Shown: positions 26,659 through 36,489 of the stretch, in pieces | How the letters are laid out: each line of letters starts with the position of its first letter | Position numbering within the stretch: position 1 is the stretch's first letter | UHGV virus genome: UHGV-0311442 | Reading direction: 5' to 3' (one strand) | DNA from: a virus | DNA: 64,000 nt | Position numbers and translations under genes: made by a program | The notes under the pieces: generated by a model | Databases searched by the model: none | What the model saw: the letters and a program-made list of their open reading frames with translations, nothing else | What the model was told of the DNA's origin: nothing

Positions 26659-28785
26659 TTAAATAACTACCCAGCTTTTACCATCGGAGCCAACTTGCAT
26701 TAGCGTAATACTTTCAGTGGTCTCAATGGGTTTGGCAAGACCTTCCGTCCCACCCTTTGGAGTGATGAGAACGTTCGAATTTTGCGGTTTAACGGTGATC
26801 GAACCAGCCTTATTTGCCACGATCTGTATATTTCTACCCACGCTATATTCTAGATCAGGAATAGTAAGTTGGCCGCCACGGTTGGTGGCTGGGAAATACA
26901 CATAAGACGATACATCTTCCTCAGATAACACTATACTACCAGAATCACGATTGACCGAGATCTCAAACTTAGAAATATCGATATCGTAGGCAGTAACTTT
27001 CGTAATATCTGTCAGAACCAATTCGTTCAAATTGGTCTTAGCTGTACTGTTCGCCAGATCAAATGGAGTGCCATTCTTGCCGTCAAGCACAGGCGTGACT
27101 TTGATTTTATTGTCACCCGGATAAATGATTTCAAACGTATGCCAGTTATTATCGTACGCACCAAAAGTTCCTAATTGCACATTCTGCTTTTTATGATGCA
27201 TCAGATAAAGATTCGTACCGTCGGTCTGTAAGAAAAAAGACATTAAGTACGGGTTCGTATCAGCCACACCAGCGTCAGCAAGTGTAGTACCAGAAGGTAG
27301 GTCGGACGCGGAAATACGCCAATAAAGTCCTAATCCGAAACGATCTGCTGCTAAATCACCTTTTAGTCTAAAAGTAACGGTCAGACGTCCACCGTAACGT
27401 ATCATGTCCGCAGCAGATGTCATTGACTTAGTTACATTCCAAGGTTTCATCGTTACAGCCTTTCTTAATTCGACGAAATGCCCGTTTCCATCCTCAGAAT
27501 CTTGCACGGTTACGTTACAATCAACGATATTGTTCCAACCCTGCCCTTTCAGGGAACCATCTCCACGACGTCCGTTATAACCCACAGACTCTACTAATGG
27601 GGTATAGCTTCTTACCACATTCATATTGTCTTTGAGCTCTTTAGTGTCGTTCTTCGTCAGGAGCATTGCACCATTCGCTGTTCTTGATAATATCTCAGCA
27701 GCTATTCTCTCTGAGATAATACCGCGTCGTGCCCAAGAACTGAAATGGCTATTCCTTGTTTCAGACGTCCAGTTTTTATTACTACGGGTGGCAGCACCGT
27801 AGTAGGCAGCACCAGCGATATCAGGATCGTCAGTGGGATCATTAGTCGGTACACGTTGGCCATTATCGTCGTACATGAATGGAACAAAAAAGATATTTTT
27901 TTGTTCATTGTTACGATAATTACCGTATATGGTTTCATATTGAACAGGATATTTTTCCTTCCAATAGTAGGTAGTGTCCCCGCAGATCCATGGTACTTCG
28001 GCGGTGTCGTACTCGGGCATCTGAGAGAGATGGTCAGAGAGATCAGTTCGGAAACGCTCTACCATTGCCATAAATAACGCTGGTTGTTGTGCGTAACCTA
28101 CTTTAGTCAGATCATACTCCCCCTGCATCCACACTACAGCCAAGAGTTTATTTTTAGGATTAACGTCCAGAGCTTTTTTGGTCCGGCTAACTAAATCTTT
28201 ATAAAGAGGTTTTTCCACCCCCCATACCGATGACGTCGCAGAGGCTCCTGTGGCTTCATCGAAGGTACCTTCTGCACCACCCGTGAAAGCAGAACCGCCG
28301 CGTGCGCAGGGTACTAGTAAGATACCAGCGTTGCTAGGAATATACGGGAGAAGACGCTTCGCGATGTGTAGACCTTGACCCACACATCCGTATTCACCTT
28401 TGTCCAAATTGGCTTTGGGGTGCGAGAATACGGACATATCTTGCACGTCGTGCAGACAGTGATCCGCTGGAATGACGTCGTTATACTTACAATCAGCACC
28501 ATTAGGCGTTACCTTCGCACGGCGCGCCATTTGTTTAATCCGCGGATCGGGAGCGTCCAACGTCGCTGGTAAAGGCAATCCTTCACCATAACTCATCGCA
28601 TTAGATTGCCCGGCTATAGGGATCACGAAGTAATAATCCGGTTCCGTCACCCCCCCCCCTTGAAGTTCTGCAATATCAATTTTATATTCTTTTTCTTCCT
28701 TAGAAAGGAGAACTACCGCACCTTTGAGATCGCCAGAGAAATTGTCGAGTTCATGGATACGTTTCTTTCCAATTGGTTGAACCAT
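26659..28785 (-). CDS. Tail fibre / tailspike with N-terminal SASA/SGNH-type carbohydrate O-acetylesterase domain
   Basis: IAGQSNAMSYG (GQSN block of sialate-O-acetylesterase-like esterases) near the N-terminus; ~700 aa; RBS ggagg before ATG 28785 (ORF-track TTG at 28797); G10 tract in codons for QGGGV. Confidence 0.7.
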   Translation of the reverse strand: MVQPIGKKRIHELDNFSGDLKGAVVLLSKEEKEYKIDIAELQGGGVTEPDYYFVIPIAGQSNAMSYGEGLPLPATLDAPDPRIKQMARRAKVTPNGADCKYNDVIPADHCLHDVQDMSVFSHPKANLDKGEYGCVGQGLHIAKRLLPYIPSNAGILLVPCARGGSAFTGGAEGTFDEATGASATSSVWGVEKPLYKDLVSRTKKALDVNPKNKLLAVVWMQGEYDLTKVGYAQQPALFMAMVERFRTDLSDHLSQMPEYDTAEVPWICGDTTYYWKEKYPVQYETIYGNYRNNEQKNIFFVPFMYDDNGQRVPTNDPTDDPDIAGAAYYGAATRSNKNWTSETRNSHFSSWARRGIISERIAAEILSRTANGAMLLTKNDTKELKDNMNVVRSYTPLVESVGYNGRRGDGSLKGQGWNNIVDCNVTVQDSEDGNGHFVELRKAVTMKPWNVTKSMTSAADMIRYGGRLTVTFRLKGDLAADRFGLGLYWRISASDLPSGTTLADAGVADTNPYLMSFFLQTDGTNLYLMHHKKQNVQLGTFGAYDNNWHTFEIIYPGDNKIKVTPVLDGKNGTPFDLANSTAKTNLNELVLTDITKVTAYDIDISKFEISVNRDSGSIVLSEEDVSSYVYFPATNRGGQLTIPDLEYSVGRNIQIVANKAGSITVKPQNSNVLITPKGGTEGLAKPIETTESITLMQVGSDGKSWVVI

Positions 28786-28820
28786 TGTAACCTCCAATTT
28801 TTAAACCAATACTCTTCCGG

Positions 28821-29069
28821 TTAGCGCGACATGCCGTTCTGTGATAAGGCAGTACTAACGATAAGTTTAACCGGGGTTTGTTCTTCCGTAATAGGGATTT
28901 CATCGAGATTGTTGATATCAATAGTAACATCATGGACTTTAGGCATTGTTACCAAGATAGTCAACATTACCACCGATGCTTTTGTGGAAGTATCCGCAAC
29001 GTAATATTTAACGTCCAGTAATTCGTTACTTTCAGATAAGTAGAGTATTTGCGGATAGATTGTTATCAA
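28821..29069 (-). CDS. Possible small ORF (82 aa) in the 320-nt gap between fibre genes
   Basis: Only ORF filling the gap; TTG start without a clear RBS. Confidence 0.25.
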   Translation of the reverse strand: MITIYPQILYLSESNELLDVKYYVADTSTKASVVMLTILVTMPKVHDVTIDINNLDEIPITEEQTPVKLIVSTALSQNGMSR

Positions 29070-29106
29070 TGTAAAAAAAATACCAACGCCATTTAAGTTT
29101 TAGCCA

Positions 29107-29622
29107 TTAATGATCTCCGAAGGTTAATGCACAATTATCTGCGGTAACGATTAAATCGTCGTCTTTTGTTACTGCGGCTTCTTCACTGTTACCGAAAACC
29201 AGAACAGAGAATTGACCTTTATAACCTAATGAATTAGGTGATACCTGTAACGTTACCGCGTCTTTTCCTACAGTGAAAGAATCATCTGTTAGATCTTCAG
29301 CTTGTAAGTTACTGCCACAAGCTGCGTTAATCGCTTCGATTAAATCGTGTGTGGTAAACCCTTCCCCGGCTACTTTTACCAGAATAGGTTGCTGGTTTAA
29401 CCACCGCTCTGCGGTTAAACGGTTGTAATAGATCTGCAACGTTCTGTTTCCAGGACGCTTAATCTTTACAACGGCAGTGGTATCACGATTCATTTCTTCA
29501 GTAGGATTTACGTTGCTGAACTCAACCTCGTTTTCTTGCAGATCGAGCTGAAGGTCGTAGTTGATCAGCGATATAACCATGTTAGTTGAAGTTAATGATA
29601 AATCTGGTGTGAATTGCCCCAT
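29107..29622 (-). CDS. Paralog family A protein (~171 aa)
   Basis: PDLSLTS...LINYD...IYYNRL...HDLIEAINAACGSNLQAEDL motifs; RBS ggagg before ATG 29622. Confidence 0.65.
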   Translation of the reverse strand: MGQFTPDLSLTSTNMVISLINYDLQLDLQENEVEFSNVNPTEEMNRDTTAVVKIKRPGNRTLQIYYNRLTAERWLNQQPILVKVAGEGFTTHDLIEAINAACGSNLQAEDLTDDSFTVGKDAVTLQVSPNSLGYKGQFSVLVFGNSEEAAVTKDDDLIVTADNCALTFGDH

Positions 29623-29720
29623 AAAGTTTACCTCCAACGGTTAGGGGAGTCATAAAATGTTGGCTAAAACATTTCACCCCTCCCCCGATTATGTTTTCAG
29701 GCACTATGACTTGAAAATAA

Positions 29721-30224
29721 TTAACTAATTCTCAAATCACGTAGTGCGCCTGTTGACTTCATCACGTTTTGGAACGCAGCGCTGATGTTATTAGTCCAGT
29801 AGTAATGCTGTCCGTTAATAACCTGCTGATAGGCCAGCGCGCAGGTGTTGCCACCTAAATTTACGGTAATGTTAGAGGCTCTGCCTCCTTGTAAGTAAAC
29901 CGCTAAAGTAGGCTTTGCGTTGGTAAATATCGTCGTTAGCATTAACTCGATACCTATTAAAGTCCCCACCCCGCAGTTACCCGCGTTTTGAATGGTCCCC
30001 TGATTTTTCTGGTTTAACGGCCAGCTTGGTCCTACTGCGCCCCATTTATTACCTAAAGAATCGCTATATGCAGCGGTTGCAATTTTACAGCCCATAGATC
30101 GTCCCACCATTTGACTCATCATAAAAGGTCTACCCAATCCTAATTTACTACCCGCAGCGCTCATCCATTGTTGGCCAGTTTCATTCTTAGCTGAAGATCC
30201 GTCCCATCCTGACGCTACCCCCAT
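29721..30224 (-). CDS. Tail-fibre tip / receptor-binding protein sharing its N-terminal module with 30241..31032
   Basis: N-terminus GWDGSSAKNETGQQWMSAAGSKLGLGRPFMMSQMVGRS parallels the N-terminus of the Gly-rich protein. Confidence 0.6.
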   Translation of the reverse strand: MGVASGWDGSSAKNETGQQWMSAAGSKLGLGRPFMMSQMVGRSMGCKIATAAYSDSLGNKWGAVGPSWPLNQKNQGTIQNAGNCGVGTLIGIELMLTTIFTNAKPTLAVYLQGGRASNITVNLGGNTCALAYQQVINGQHYYWTNNISAAFQNVMKSTGALRDLRIS

Positions 30225-30240
30225 CTACCCTCCTTTTTAA

Positions 30241-31032
30241 TTAAACACGTGAACCGTATATTGCACCTACTGCGTCCCATCTTGGCGCATTACCAGTAAC
30301 AGCTGCACCAGCTGCTCCGCCGTTATATTCTGTACCGTTACCTTGAGTATTACATCTTCCTCCACCAGCACCGACATTACCACCCGAACCGCCTGTATAT
30401 GCACTAAGAGACCCCTCACCAACAGATCCTCTACCAGGAGCGGAAATAGTACCAGCAGCCGCACCGGAACTCATATGAGAGGAAGACCCACCAGCACCGA
30501 ATGGGCGACCACCGCCACCACCAAATATTAGTCTACCCCTGTTACCGCCGCCACCGCCGCCACCGCCTCCGGCAATAGCGCCACGGTTGGTTATACGCAG
30601 TCTGTTTCCTATTCCGTTCTGTACTGCGGTTCCACCTGCACCGCCTGGCGAGTTAGAACCACCGTTGCCTCCTCTGCCGTATACTGTAACCCCAGGATTG
30701 ATGATGAGTGTAATATACGAATTTGGAAGATTGCTAGGGAATTCTAAACAAGGAACCCCGCTACTATAAGACACTAAATCCCCTGTAATGGTCACAACGA
30801 CAGCAGTAGAGCCTAAAGAACGTAAATAGTTAATAAGCGTATCTTTATTGTAATTGTGATTAGCTCCGATCGAATACTGAACCTCTTTTGATTTTCCCGC
30901 CAATTGCGACATCCAGCCTGGAACCGGCACACCGAGTGTGCGCATCGCGCCAGACATCCAACCATTACCAGCTTCAGCTTTTGCTGAAGAACCAATCCAT
31001 CCGGGAGTCGCTGATACAGACAAAATAACCAC
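30241..31032 (-). CDS. Glycine-rich adhesin-like protein (gp38-like glycine-rich motifs)
   Basis: Multiple poly-Gly tracts (GGGGGGGGGNRG, FGGGGGRPFGAGG) separated by variable segments; shared N-terminal module. Confidence 0.65.
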   Translation of the reverse strand: MVILSVSATPGWIGSSAKAEAGNGWMSGAMRTLGVPVPGWMSQLAGKSKEVQYSIGANHNYNKDTLINYLRSLGSTAVVVTITGDLVSYSSGVPCLEFPSNLPNSYITLIINPGVTVYGRGGNGGSNSPGGAGGTAVQNGIGNRLRITNRGAIAGGGGGGGGGNRGRLIFGGGGGRPFGAGGSSSHMSSGAAAGTISAPGRGSVGEGSLSAYTGGSGGNVGAGGGRCNTQGNGTEYNGGAAGAAVTGNAPRWDAVGAIYGSRV

Positions 31033-31078
31033 CTTATAACGTACTTGTGAGTCAGTGAGGGGAACCCCTCACTGATAA

Positions 31079-32170
31079 TTATAACTTGTTCTCGATTATC
31101 TCCGCCAACTCCTTTATTGCCTCAATAAGTAGAGCTATTTGGGCAGAGTTAGAGACCGTTAAAACGTCCTCACCATTAGCGTCTTTATAAGTAGAAACTG
31201 CTTCAGGTAACACTTTTTGTAAGGTCTGTGCTACAACGCCAGCCTCACGATGAACATTAGTGGATTTAAAGTTCTCCTTTTTGTCGTATATTAAACCTGA
31301 CAATTCCTTTACCTTCTCCAATGCATTAGTTATTGGAGAGAAATTACTTTTCAGCCGGGCGTCAGATCGTATATAAACGTCGTTAAAGTTACCGTTCCCA
31401 CCACAAACCCAAGTACCGTCGTTTTGCAAATAAGCATTGGCATCGGTGCCATTATCAGTACGTGAGTTGTTTATCATGTAAAAGCCGAATTGATAGTTAC
31501 CTAAACCACCAACAAAAAATTTCCTATCAGCATGGTCTTGTCTTAACAATGCCTGAGCAGAACTGGTTCCTACCGGATTAAGACCAAAAATAACGTTATG
31601 GTCTCTCATGCTAATCCAAGAACCTGAGTTGCTGTTAATAGAATATCTATTTGCATAAACCCAAGTATTGGTTCTTATATCTCCGGTAACGTTGAGAGGT
31701 TTATTGCTTTGAACAGCCCCACTCGTAAAGCGTAAAACATGAGCATTATTGGCGTAAACATCTAGAACGCCATCCCCGTTCTGCTTAAAGCCGGTGTCAT
31801 TATCCCCTAAAACTATGGAGTTCCCACCTAAAGCATTGGCGGTTCCAATACCCAATGCTCCATTCAATTGACCGCCAGATAATGGCAACGCCCCAACGTC
31901 GGCAGCAGTTGGCTTGTTTCTCGTATTGTACACGCGACGCCAACCTGGTGAGTAAGTATCGCCGTTAAATACGTAGATAAACTCCGCATTAGTGAGTGCG
32001 CCGGAGACGCTCGTCGTTGTGGCGGTCGTTATACGGATCGTGTAGTTGTTTGTGCTATTGCCATTACTAATCACTTCTATAACGGCCCCAGCTAACGGAA
32101 TAGCCCCCACAACCCGTCTCGCTGTGTGGTATGTGCGCACTAGCGGCATAAGCCCATGCACAGCGAGCAA
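31079..32170 (-). CDS. Tail-fibre distal segment with C-terminal intramolecular-chaperone (peptidase S74-like) domain
   Basis: C-terminus SDARLKSNFSPITNALEKVKELSGLIYDKKE...VSNSAQIALLIEAIKELAEI matches the auto-cleaving chaperone domain of phage fibres and endosialidases; no RBS-supported start; overlaps the upstream fibre ORF by ~100 nt. Confidence 0.65.
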   Translation of the reverse strand: MLAVHGLMPLVRTYHTARRVVGAIPLAGAVIEVISNGNSTNNYTIRITTATTTSVSGALTNAEFIYVFNGDTYSPGWRRVYNTRNKPTAADVGALPLSGGQLNGALGIGTANALGGNSIVLGDNDTGFKQNGDGVLDVYANNAHVLRFTSGAVQSNKPLNVTGDIRTNTWVYANRYSINSNSGSWISMRDHNVIFGLNPVGTSSAQALLRQDHADRKFFVGGLGNYQFGFYMINNSRTDNGTDANAYLQNDGTWVCGGNGNFNDVYIRSDARLKSNFSPITNALEKVKELSGLIYDKKENFKSTNVHREAGVVAQTLQKVLPEAVSTYKDANGEDVLTVSNSAQIALLIEAIKELAEIIENKL

Positions 32171-35100
32171 CCCACGATCTTGTGGTAAATGCGCCGTTAT
32201 TTTTCAATAACGTCACTAGCTGTGCTGTAGTTATTGCAGCGCCATCAGCGCCAGTTTCTAACCAACCACTAGGTGATGCCGGGCAACCTATATCGGCAGG
32301 CCCTAACGATATATTTCTAGTGCCGTCAAATGCGATACCGTTAATGGTACGAGCTGTCTGCAACTTTGTGGCCGTGGCTGCGTTTCCGGTAGTCGACTGA
32401 TTACCAGTCTGGTTTACACCAGGTAAACTGATGTCTTTAGTACCATCAAAAGCCACACCGCCTATATTTCGCGCAGTCTGAAGTTTAGTCGCTGTCGCAG
32501 CATTACCTGACGTATTCTGGTTACCGGCTTGGTTAACCCCCGGTAAATTGATATCCCCAGTACCGTCAAAGGTAACGCCACCTATTCTTCGAGCGGTTTT
32601 CAGTTTCGTCGCGGTAGCGGCATTGCCGGTAGTATCTTGATTACCTGTGGCATTTACGCCAGGAATGCTGTCACGGGCAGTATAAACTTGTGCCCAATCT
32701 GACCACGGTGCATCGTTAGTGTCTCGACGACTACGAATATAAACTGGCGCGTGCGCACCGCTCGTGCCAGACCAACCGATTAACAGTTCACCTTCACCCA
32801 CTGCGGTAGAGCCACCCAAATGCAGCAAGTTACCATAAGCGGTCGGATAACCGTTATTGTAAACTTCGTACATCTGAATACCGGGTGTACCTTTGTTTGA
32901 ACCGGATAGAGCAGTAACCCGACCACGGCCCACCAGGGTGTTGATATTGATGTCAGCAGAACCATCGAATCTCACGCCGTTAATATTTCTGGCAGTTTGA
33001 AGTTTAGTGGCTGTACCAGCATTACCCGTGGTGTTTTGATTACCCTGTTGGTTAACACCTGGGAGGTTAACGTCGCCGCTACCATCGAAGGCGACCCCAC
33101 CAATTCTACGCGCCGTCTTTAATTTAGTGGCGGTTGAAGCGTTGCCTGTTAACTCACCTGCTAACCCTTTTGCAAAGGTCTGTTTTTCTGCCCAGGTGTG
33201 CGAAGCGCTCAATACAGGCATCTGCCGTGGAGTAATAGTACGGTTACCTGGATTACCCGCAAGGCGAACAGCAAAGAATCGATAGTTGGCGGTAGACACT
33301 GTACTACGCCAAACCAACATACTCCGACCTGAGGATGCGCCATCTGATGGACCAACCAGAATGCTAACTAAGTTACCGTCAATAACACCCCAATCCATTC
33401 CCGCAGGAATGTTTTTCATGGTGTTAAGTGGTGTACAGATTAACTCGCCCGGTTTAAAGTCATAGGTTTGCCAGTCTAAAGGATCAACATTCGCGCGTTC
33501 ACCGCCGATACCTAATACCAACGGAAGCGAATACGATGTGAAAACCTCACGCCAGTCACTCCAAGCGTTACCCGTACGGATACGTTGGAATTTACGACCT
33601 TTAGTTTCTGCACCCGTACCGTATGTAGTATAATTCTGTTCGACCCCTGTACCGTCTAAGCGTAAGGTAACTTCACAAACGCCTAATATGGTTTCGCCAG
33701 AAGAACCGGTAAGTGGGCCGTTAGTTGCCTCACCAGTAACACTGAAACGACCCGGTTTAACGAGATCGTTAAAATTGGCTTTAAAGAAAGCACCGTCAGT
33801 CTGATAACCAACCTGAATCCAATCTTCCCATTGTGGGTTTGATGAATCCCACGTTGCAGTCAAACCACGGACATACATTGTACCACGACGCGTAGTGTAT
33901 CGCTGCAACCGTCCGAAAAGACCACCTTCCATTACTTCTAGTACGCCTTGCGCACCACCACCTTCTTCAGGGTAATGTCTGCTAAACACAGCCAGCGAAC
34001 TGCTTGAGTTTCGCCAGTTACCCATATGCTCAGCGCCACCCAGAGAGTTCAAGTCTATAGAGGTAGATAACGGACGTACACCAGTAGTTACCATTCTCCA
34101 CGGTGACCAGGGTCCATTGGCACCATTCCACGCACCTGACAACATACGGTTGTACACGTTACCATTACGACAGGTAAAACGTTGCGCACCGCTATAATTA
34201 CCGGCTTTATACACTTCCAGATAACCGACCGCACCGTCTTCTGGGAAGTGTTTTGCCATCGACGCATTGGTTGATGTCGACTTAGCCCACGTTCCTGTGT
34301 AATTGGCATCTGGAGCAAATGTGTTAATATCAGCATCTACAGGCATTTCGCCACGGAAACGCAGATAGGTATCAGGAGATAGGCCGATGTTTCGAGCAAA
34401 AGTTTCTTTATCTGGGATATCAGCGCCGTTAGAGTTTTTCTGTAACGCACCATTCGCTTTATCTACGGTGGTTCTTAATCCCAAGAAATTGATGATATCC
34501 GCAGTTGACCCTTTCGCTAACAAGGATCTGGCCGTTTCTGTAAAATCCGTTAATCCGACATTATTACTGCCGGTGAAATACATGAGTTTGTTTGCCGCTG
34601 TGGTGACTGCGGCAATAGCGGTGAGTAACGGACTGAGAGGTTGTTTCTGCGCAAGCTCCTCAGTAATCGTTGTTGCGAAGTTAGGGTCATTACCTAACGC
34701 CTCAGCTAATTCCGCTAAGGTATTTAGCGTCTCGGGTGAAGAACCAACCAATTCCGCGATTGCGTCACGCACCCAGGACGTTGTGGAGATACTCGTGTCG
34801 TTCGAGTCCTTCGGCGGTTTTGGGGATGTCGGCTTACCCGTAAAATTCGGCGAATGTTTATTGGCTTTTAACTGTAATTCGTCGTTCAGCTGTTTAACCG
34901 TGGACGGTGTGGCGGCCTCAGTCACAGATTCGCTAGTCAGTGTATTGTTAAGTTTAACAATGCCTTTACCGGTTGTAGTAGCGTCAACTAAACCCTGTGC
35001 AGCGATTTTCTCCGCACGTAGGGCGGCTGATTCCGATCGCGTTGCTGCACCTTCTGAACTTTCCTTATCTTTCGTGACCTGTGCAGCAATCTTCTCCACT

Positions 35101-35639
35101 GCGCCTTTACTGGCCTCAACTGAAGCCGCAGTATTTTCAACGCTGGTAGCCGTCTGTTGAACTTGTCCGGCCTGTTGCGTAACCGTTTCTGCTTTCTTAG
35201 TTACATCAGCCGCTGCAGCCGTCACCGATTGTTCGCTTGTAGCGATAGCTTGAGCTTTCTCATTTACCGACTGTAATACACTATCTACGGCAGTTTTCGC
35301 GGCTAAAACTTCAGCGTGTTTTTTGCTAACCTCAGCAGTTTTAGTGGCAACGGTTCCCGCTTGCTCGCTAACTGTGGAAGCTAACGTGTCAGTTTGTTGC
35401 TTCGCTGTTTCTGCTAAGTCTTTTGCTTGTGTGGCTTCTGTTGCAGACTGTTGCGATTTGGCCGCCGCCGTTTGTGCGTCAGCAACCGCGTTTCTGACGG
35501 TGTCAATATCCGCAACAATCTCGCGGACAGGTAACTGATAATCCCTTTCGTCTTTCGAAAAAAGTAAAACGCCTTCACCGATATCCCCGGTGTATGGACG
35601 TAAATCGTGTAAACGAATTTTCTTTACCGCTTTAGCCAT
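32067..35639 (-). CDS. Long tail fibre protein (1190 aa)
   Basis: N-terminal coiled coil; HSPNFTGKPTSP...TSWVRDAI side-fibre motif; five or more GNAxTATKLxTAR-IGGVxFDGSxDI repeats typical of myovirus tail fibres. Confidence 0.8.
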   Translation of the reverse strand: MAKAVKKIRLHDLRPYTGDIGEGVLLFSKDERDYQLPVREIVADIDTVRNAVADAQTAAAKSQQSATEATQAKDLAETAKQQTDTLASTVSEQAGTVATKTAEVSKKHAEVLAAKTAVDSVLQSVNEKAQAIATSEQSVTAAAADVTKKAETVTQQAGQVQQTATSVENTAASVEASKGAVEKIAAQVTKDKESSEGAATRSESAALRAEKIAAQGLVDATTTGKGIVKLNNTLTSESVTEAATPSTVKQLNDELQLKANKHSPNFTGKPTSPKPPKDSNDTSISTTSWVRDAIAELVGSSPETLNTLAELAEALGNDPNFATTITEELAQKQPLSPLLTAIAAVTTAANKLMYFTGSNNVGLTDFTETARSLLAKGSTADIINFLGLRTTVDKANGALQKNSNGADIPDKETFARNIGLSPDTYLRFRGEMPVDADINTFAPDANYTGTWAKSTSTNASMAKHFPEDGAVGYLEVYKAGNYSGAQRFTCRNGNVYNRMLSGAWNGANGPWSPWRMVTTGVRPLSTSIDLNSLGGAEHMGNWRNSSSSLAVFSRHYPEEGGGAQGVLEVMEGGLFGRLQRYTTRRGTMYVRGLTATWDSSNPQWEDWIQVGYQTDGAFFKANFNDLVKPGRFSVTGEATNGPLTGSSGETILGVCEVTLRLDGTGVEQNYTTYGTGAETKGRKFQRIRTGNAWSDWREVFTSYSLPLVLGIGGERANVDPLDWQTYDFKPGELICTPLNTMKNIPAGMDWGVIDGNLVSILVGPSDGASSGRSMLVWRSTVSTANYRFFAVRLAGNPGNRTITPRQMPVLSASHTWAEKQTFAKGLAGELTGNASTATKLKTARRIGGVAFDGSGDVNLPGVNQQGNQNTTGNAGTATKLQTARNINGVRFDGSADININTLVGRGRVTALSGSNKGTPGIQMYEVYNNGYPTAYGNLLHLGGSTAVGEGELLIGWSGTSGAHAPVYIRSRRDTNDAPWSDWAQVYTARDSIPGVNATGNQDTTGNAATATKLKTARRIGGVTFDGTGDINLPGVNQAGNQNTSGNAATATKLQTARNIGGVAFDGTKDISLPGVNQTGNQSTTGNAATATKLQTARTINGIAFDGTRNISLGPADIGCPASPSGWLETGADGAAITTAQLVTLLKNNGAFTTRSWVARCAWAYAASAHIPHSETGCGGYSVSWGRYRSD

Positions 35640-35841
35640 GATATTTAATTCTCTATCGGGAGCTAAAAGATCTGAGGAAGTGTTTTACCCCTCAACATTT
35701 TTATAAGCGGATTATTATACTGGTTTTAATCCATCATCTTCTAACGTGAAAGTGATGCCCAACTCCGCGCTTCATGATTTGGGATTTTTAAGTTTTGATA
35801 AAAGTTTGCTTTGGCCTCCATTACCGGTAAAACGGTCAAGT

Positions 35842-36402
35842 TCATGTAGCCGGGTTTTCTTCAGCTGTGTCGTCATCTGGAACCTCAAAGGTAAGAACGG
35901 CATCATCACCAATACAGAAGATCGCATCATCTTCGTTTGCTAATGCTCGTTCTGTTGTATCGAATAACGTCACCATAAACGCATTCATCCACGCAGGAGA
36001 ATCGTCAGCAACGTTAACAGCAATGGGTTCGTTACCTAAGGTGATATCTGCAGCACGTAAATCTTCGGGTTGTAAGTTCGTTCCGCAGAATTCATTTACA
36101 ACACCTAAAATGTCACGAAGGTTGTCTTCAGTACCGTCTAACGAAATCAAAATAGGTTCAGACGCTAACACTTCGTCCGCATCCAAACGGTCGTAATAAA
36201 CAACCACAGAAGCACCATCAGGTTTCCTGATTTTTGTAATCTCTGTCAGTGTGTTACGACGCGAAGTGGTCGGGGACGGGTTTGCCATAGTGTTGCTAAT
36301 ACGGATTTCGTTTAGAGACAACCGTGAACCGTTATCGTGGTTGATTAAAGCGACCACTAATTCGGCTGAGGCCAGACTTAAATCAGGTACGTAAGTAGTC
36401 AC
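35842..36402 (-). CDS. Paralog family A protein (~186 aa, GTG start)
   Basis: RBS gggagg 5 nt before GTG 36402 (ORF-track ATG 36447 reads through the upstream terminator); VYYDRL and CGTNLQPEDL motifs. Confidence 0.65.
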   Translation of the reverse strand: MTTYVPDLSLASAELVVALINHDNGSRLSLNEIRISNTMANPSPTTSRRNTLTEITKIRKPDGASVVVYYDRLDADEVLASEPILISLDGTEDNLRDILGVVNEFCGTNLQPEDLRAADITLGNEPIAVNVADDSPAWMNAFMVTLFDTTERALANEDDAIFCIGDDAVLTFEVPDDDTAEENPAT

Positions 36403-36439
36403 TAAAACCTCCCAGATCAAAAAAAAATAAAAACACCTA

Positions 36440-36460
36440 CCGCCCATAGAATCGGGCGGT
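36440..36460 (-). terminator. Rho-independent terminator
   Basis: Stem ccgccc / gggcgg followed by T9 on minus strand. Confidence 0.5.
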
Positions 36461-36489
36461 AGGCGGTCATTTTACAGCTAAATATCAAA

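Noticed and set aside
34387-35160. 257-aa plus-strand ORF antisense to the long tail fibre gene
   Set aside because: It lies entirely inside the 1190-aa minus-strand fibre gene, which has recognisable fibre motifs; the Ala/Ser-rich antisense translation is typical of a shadow ORF.
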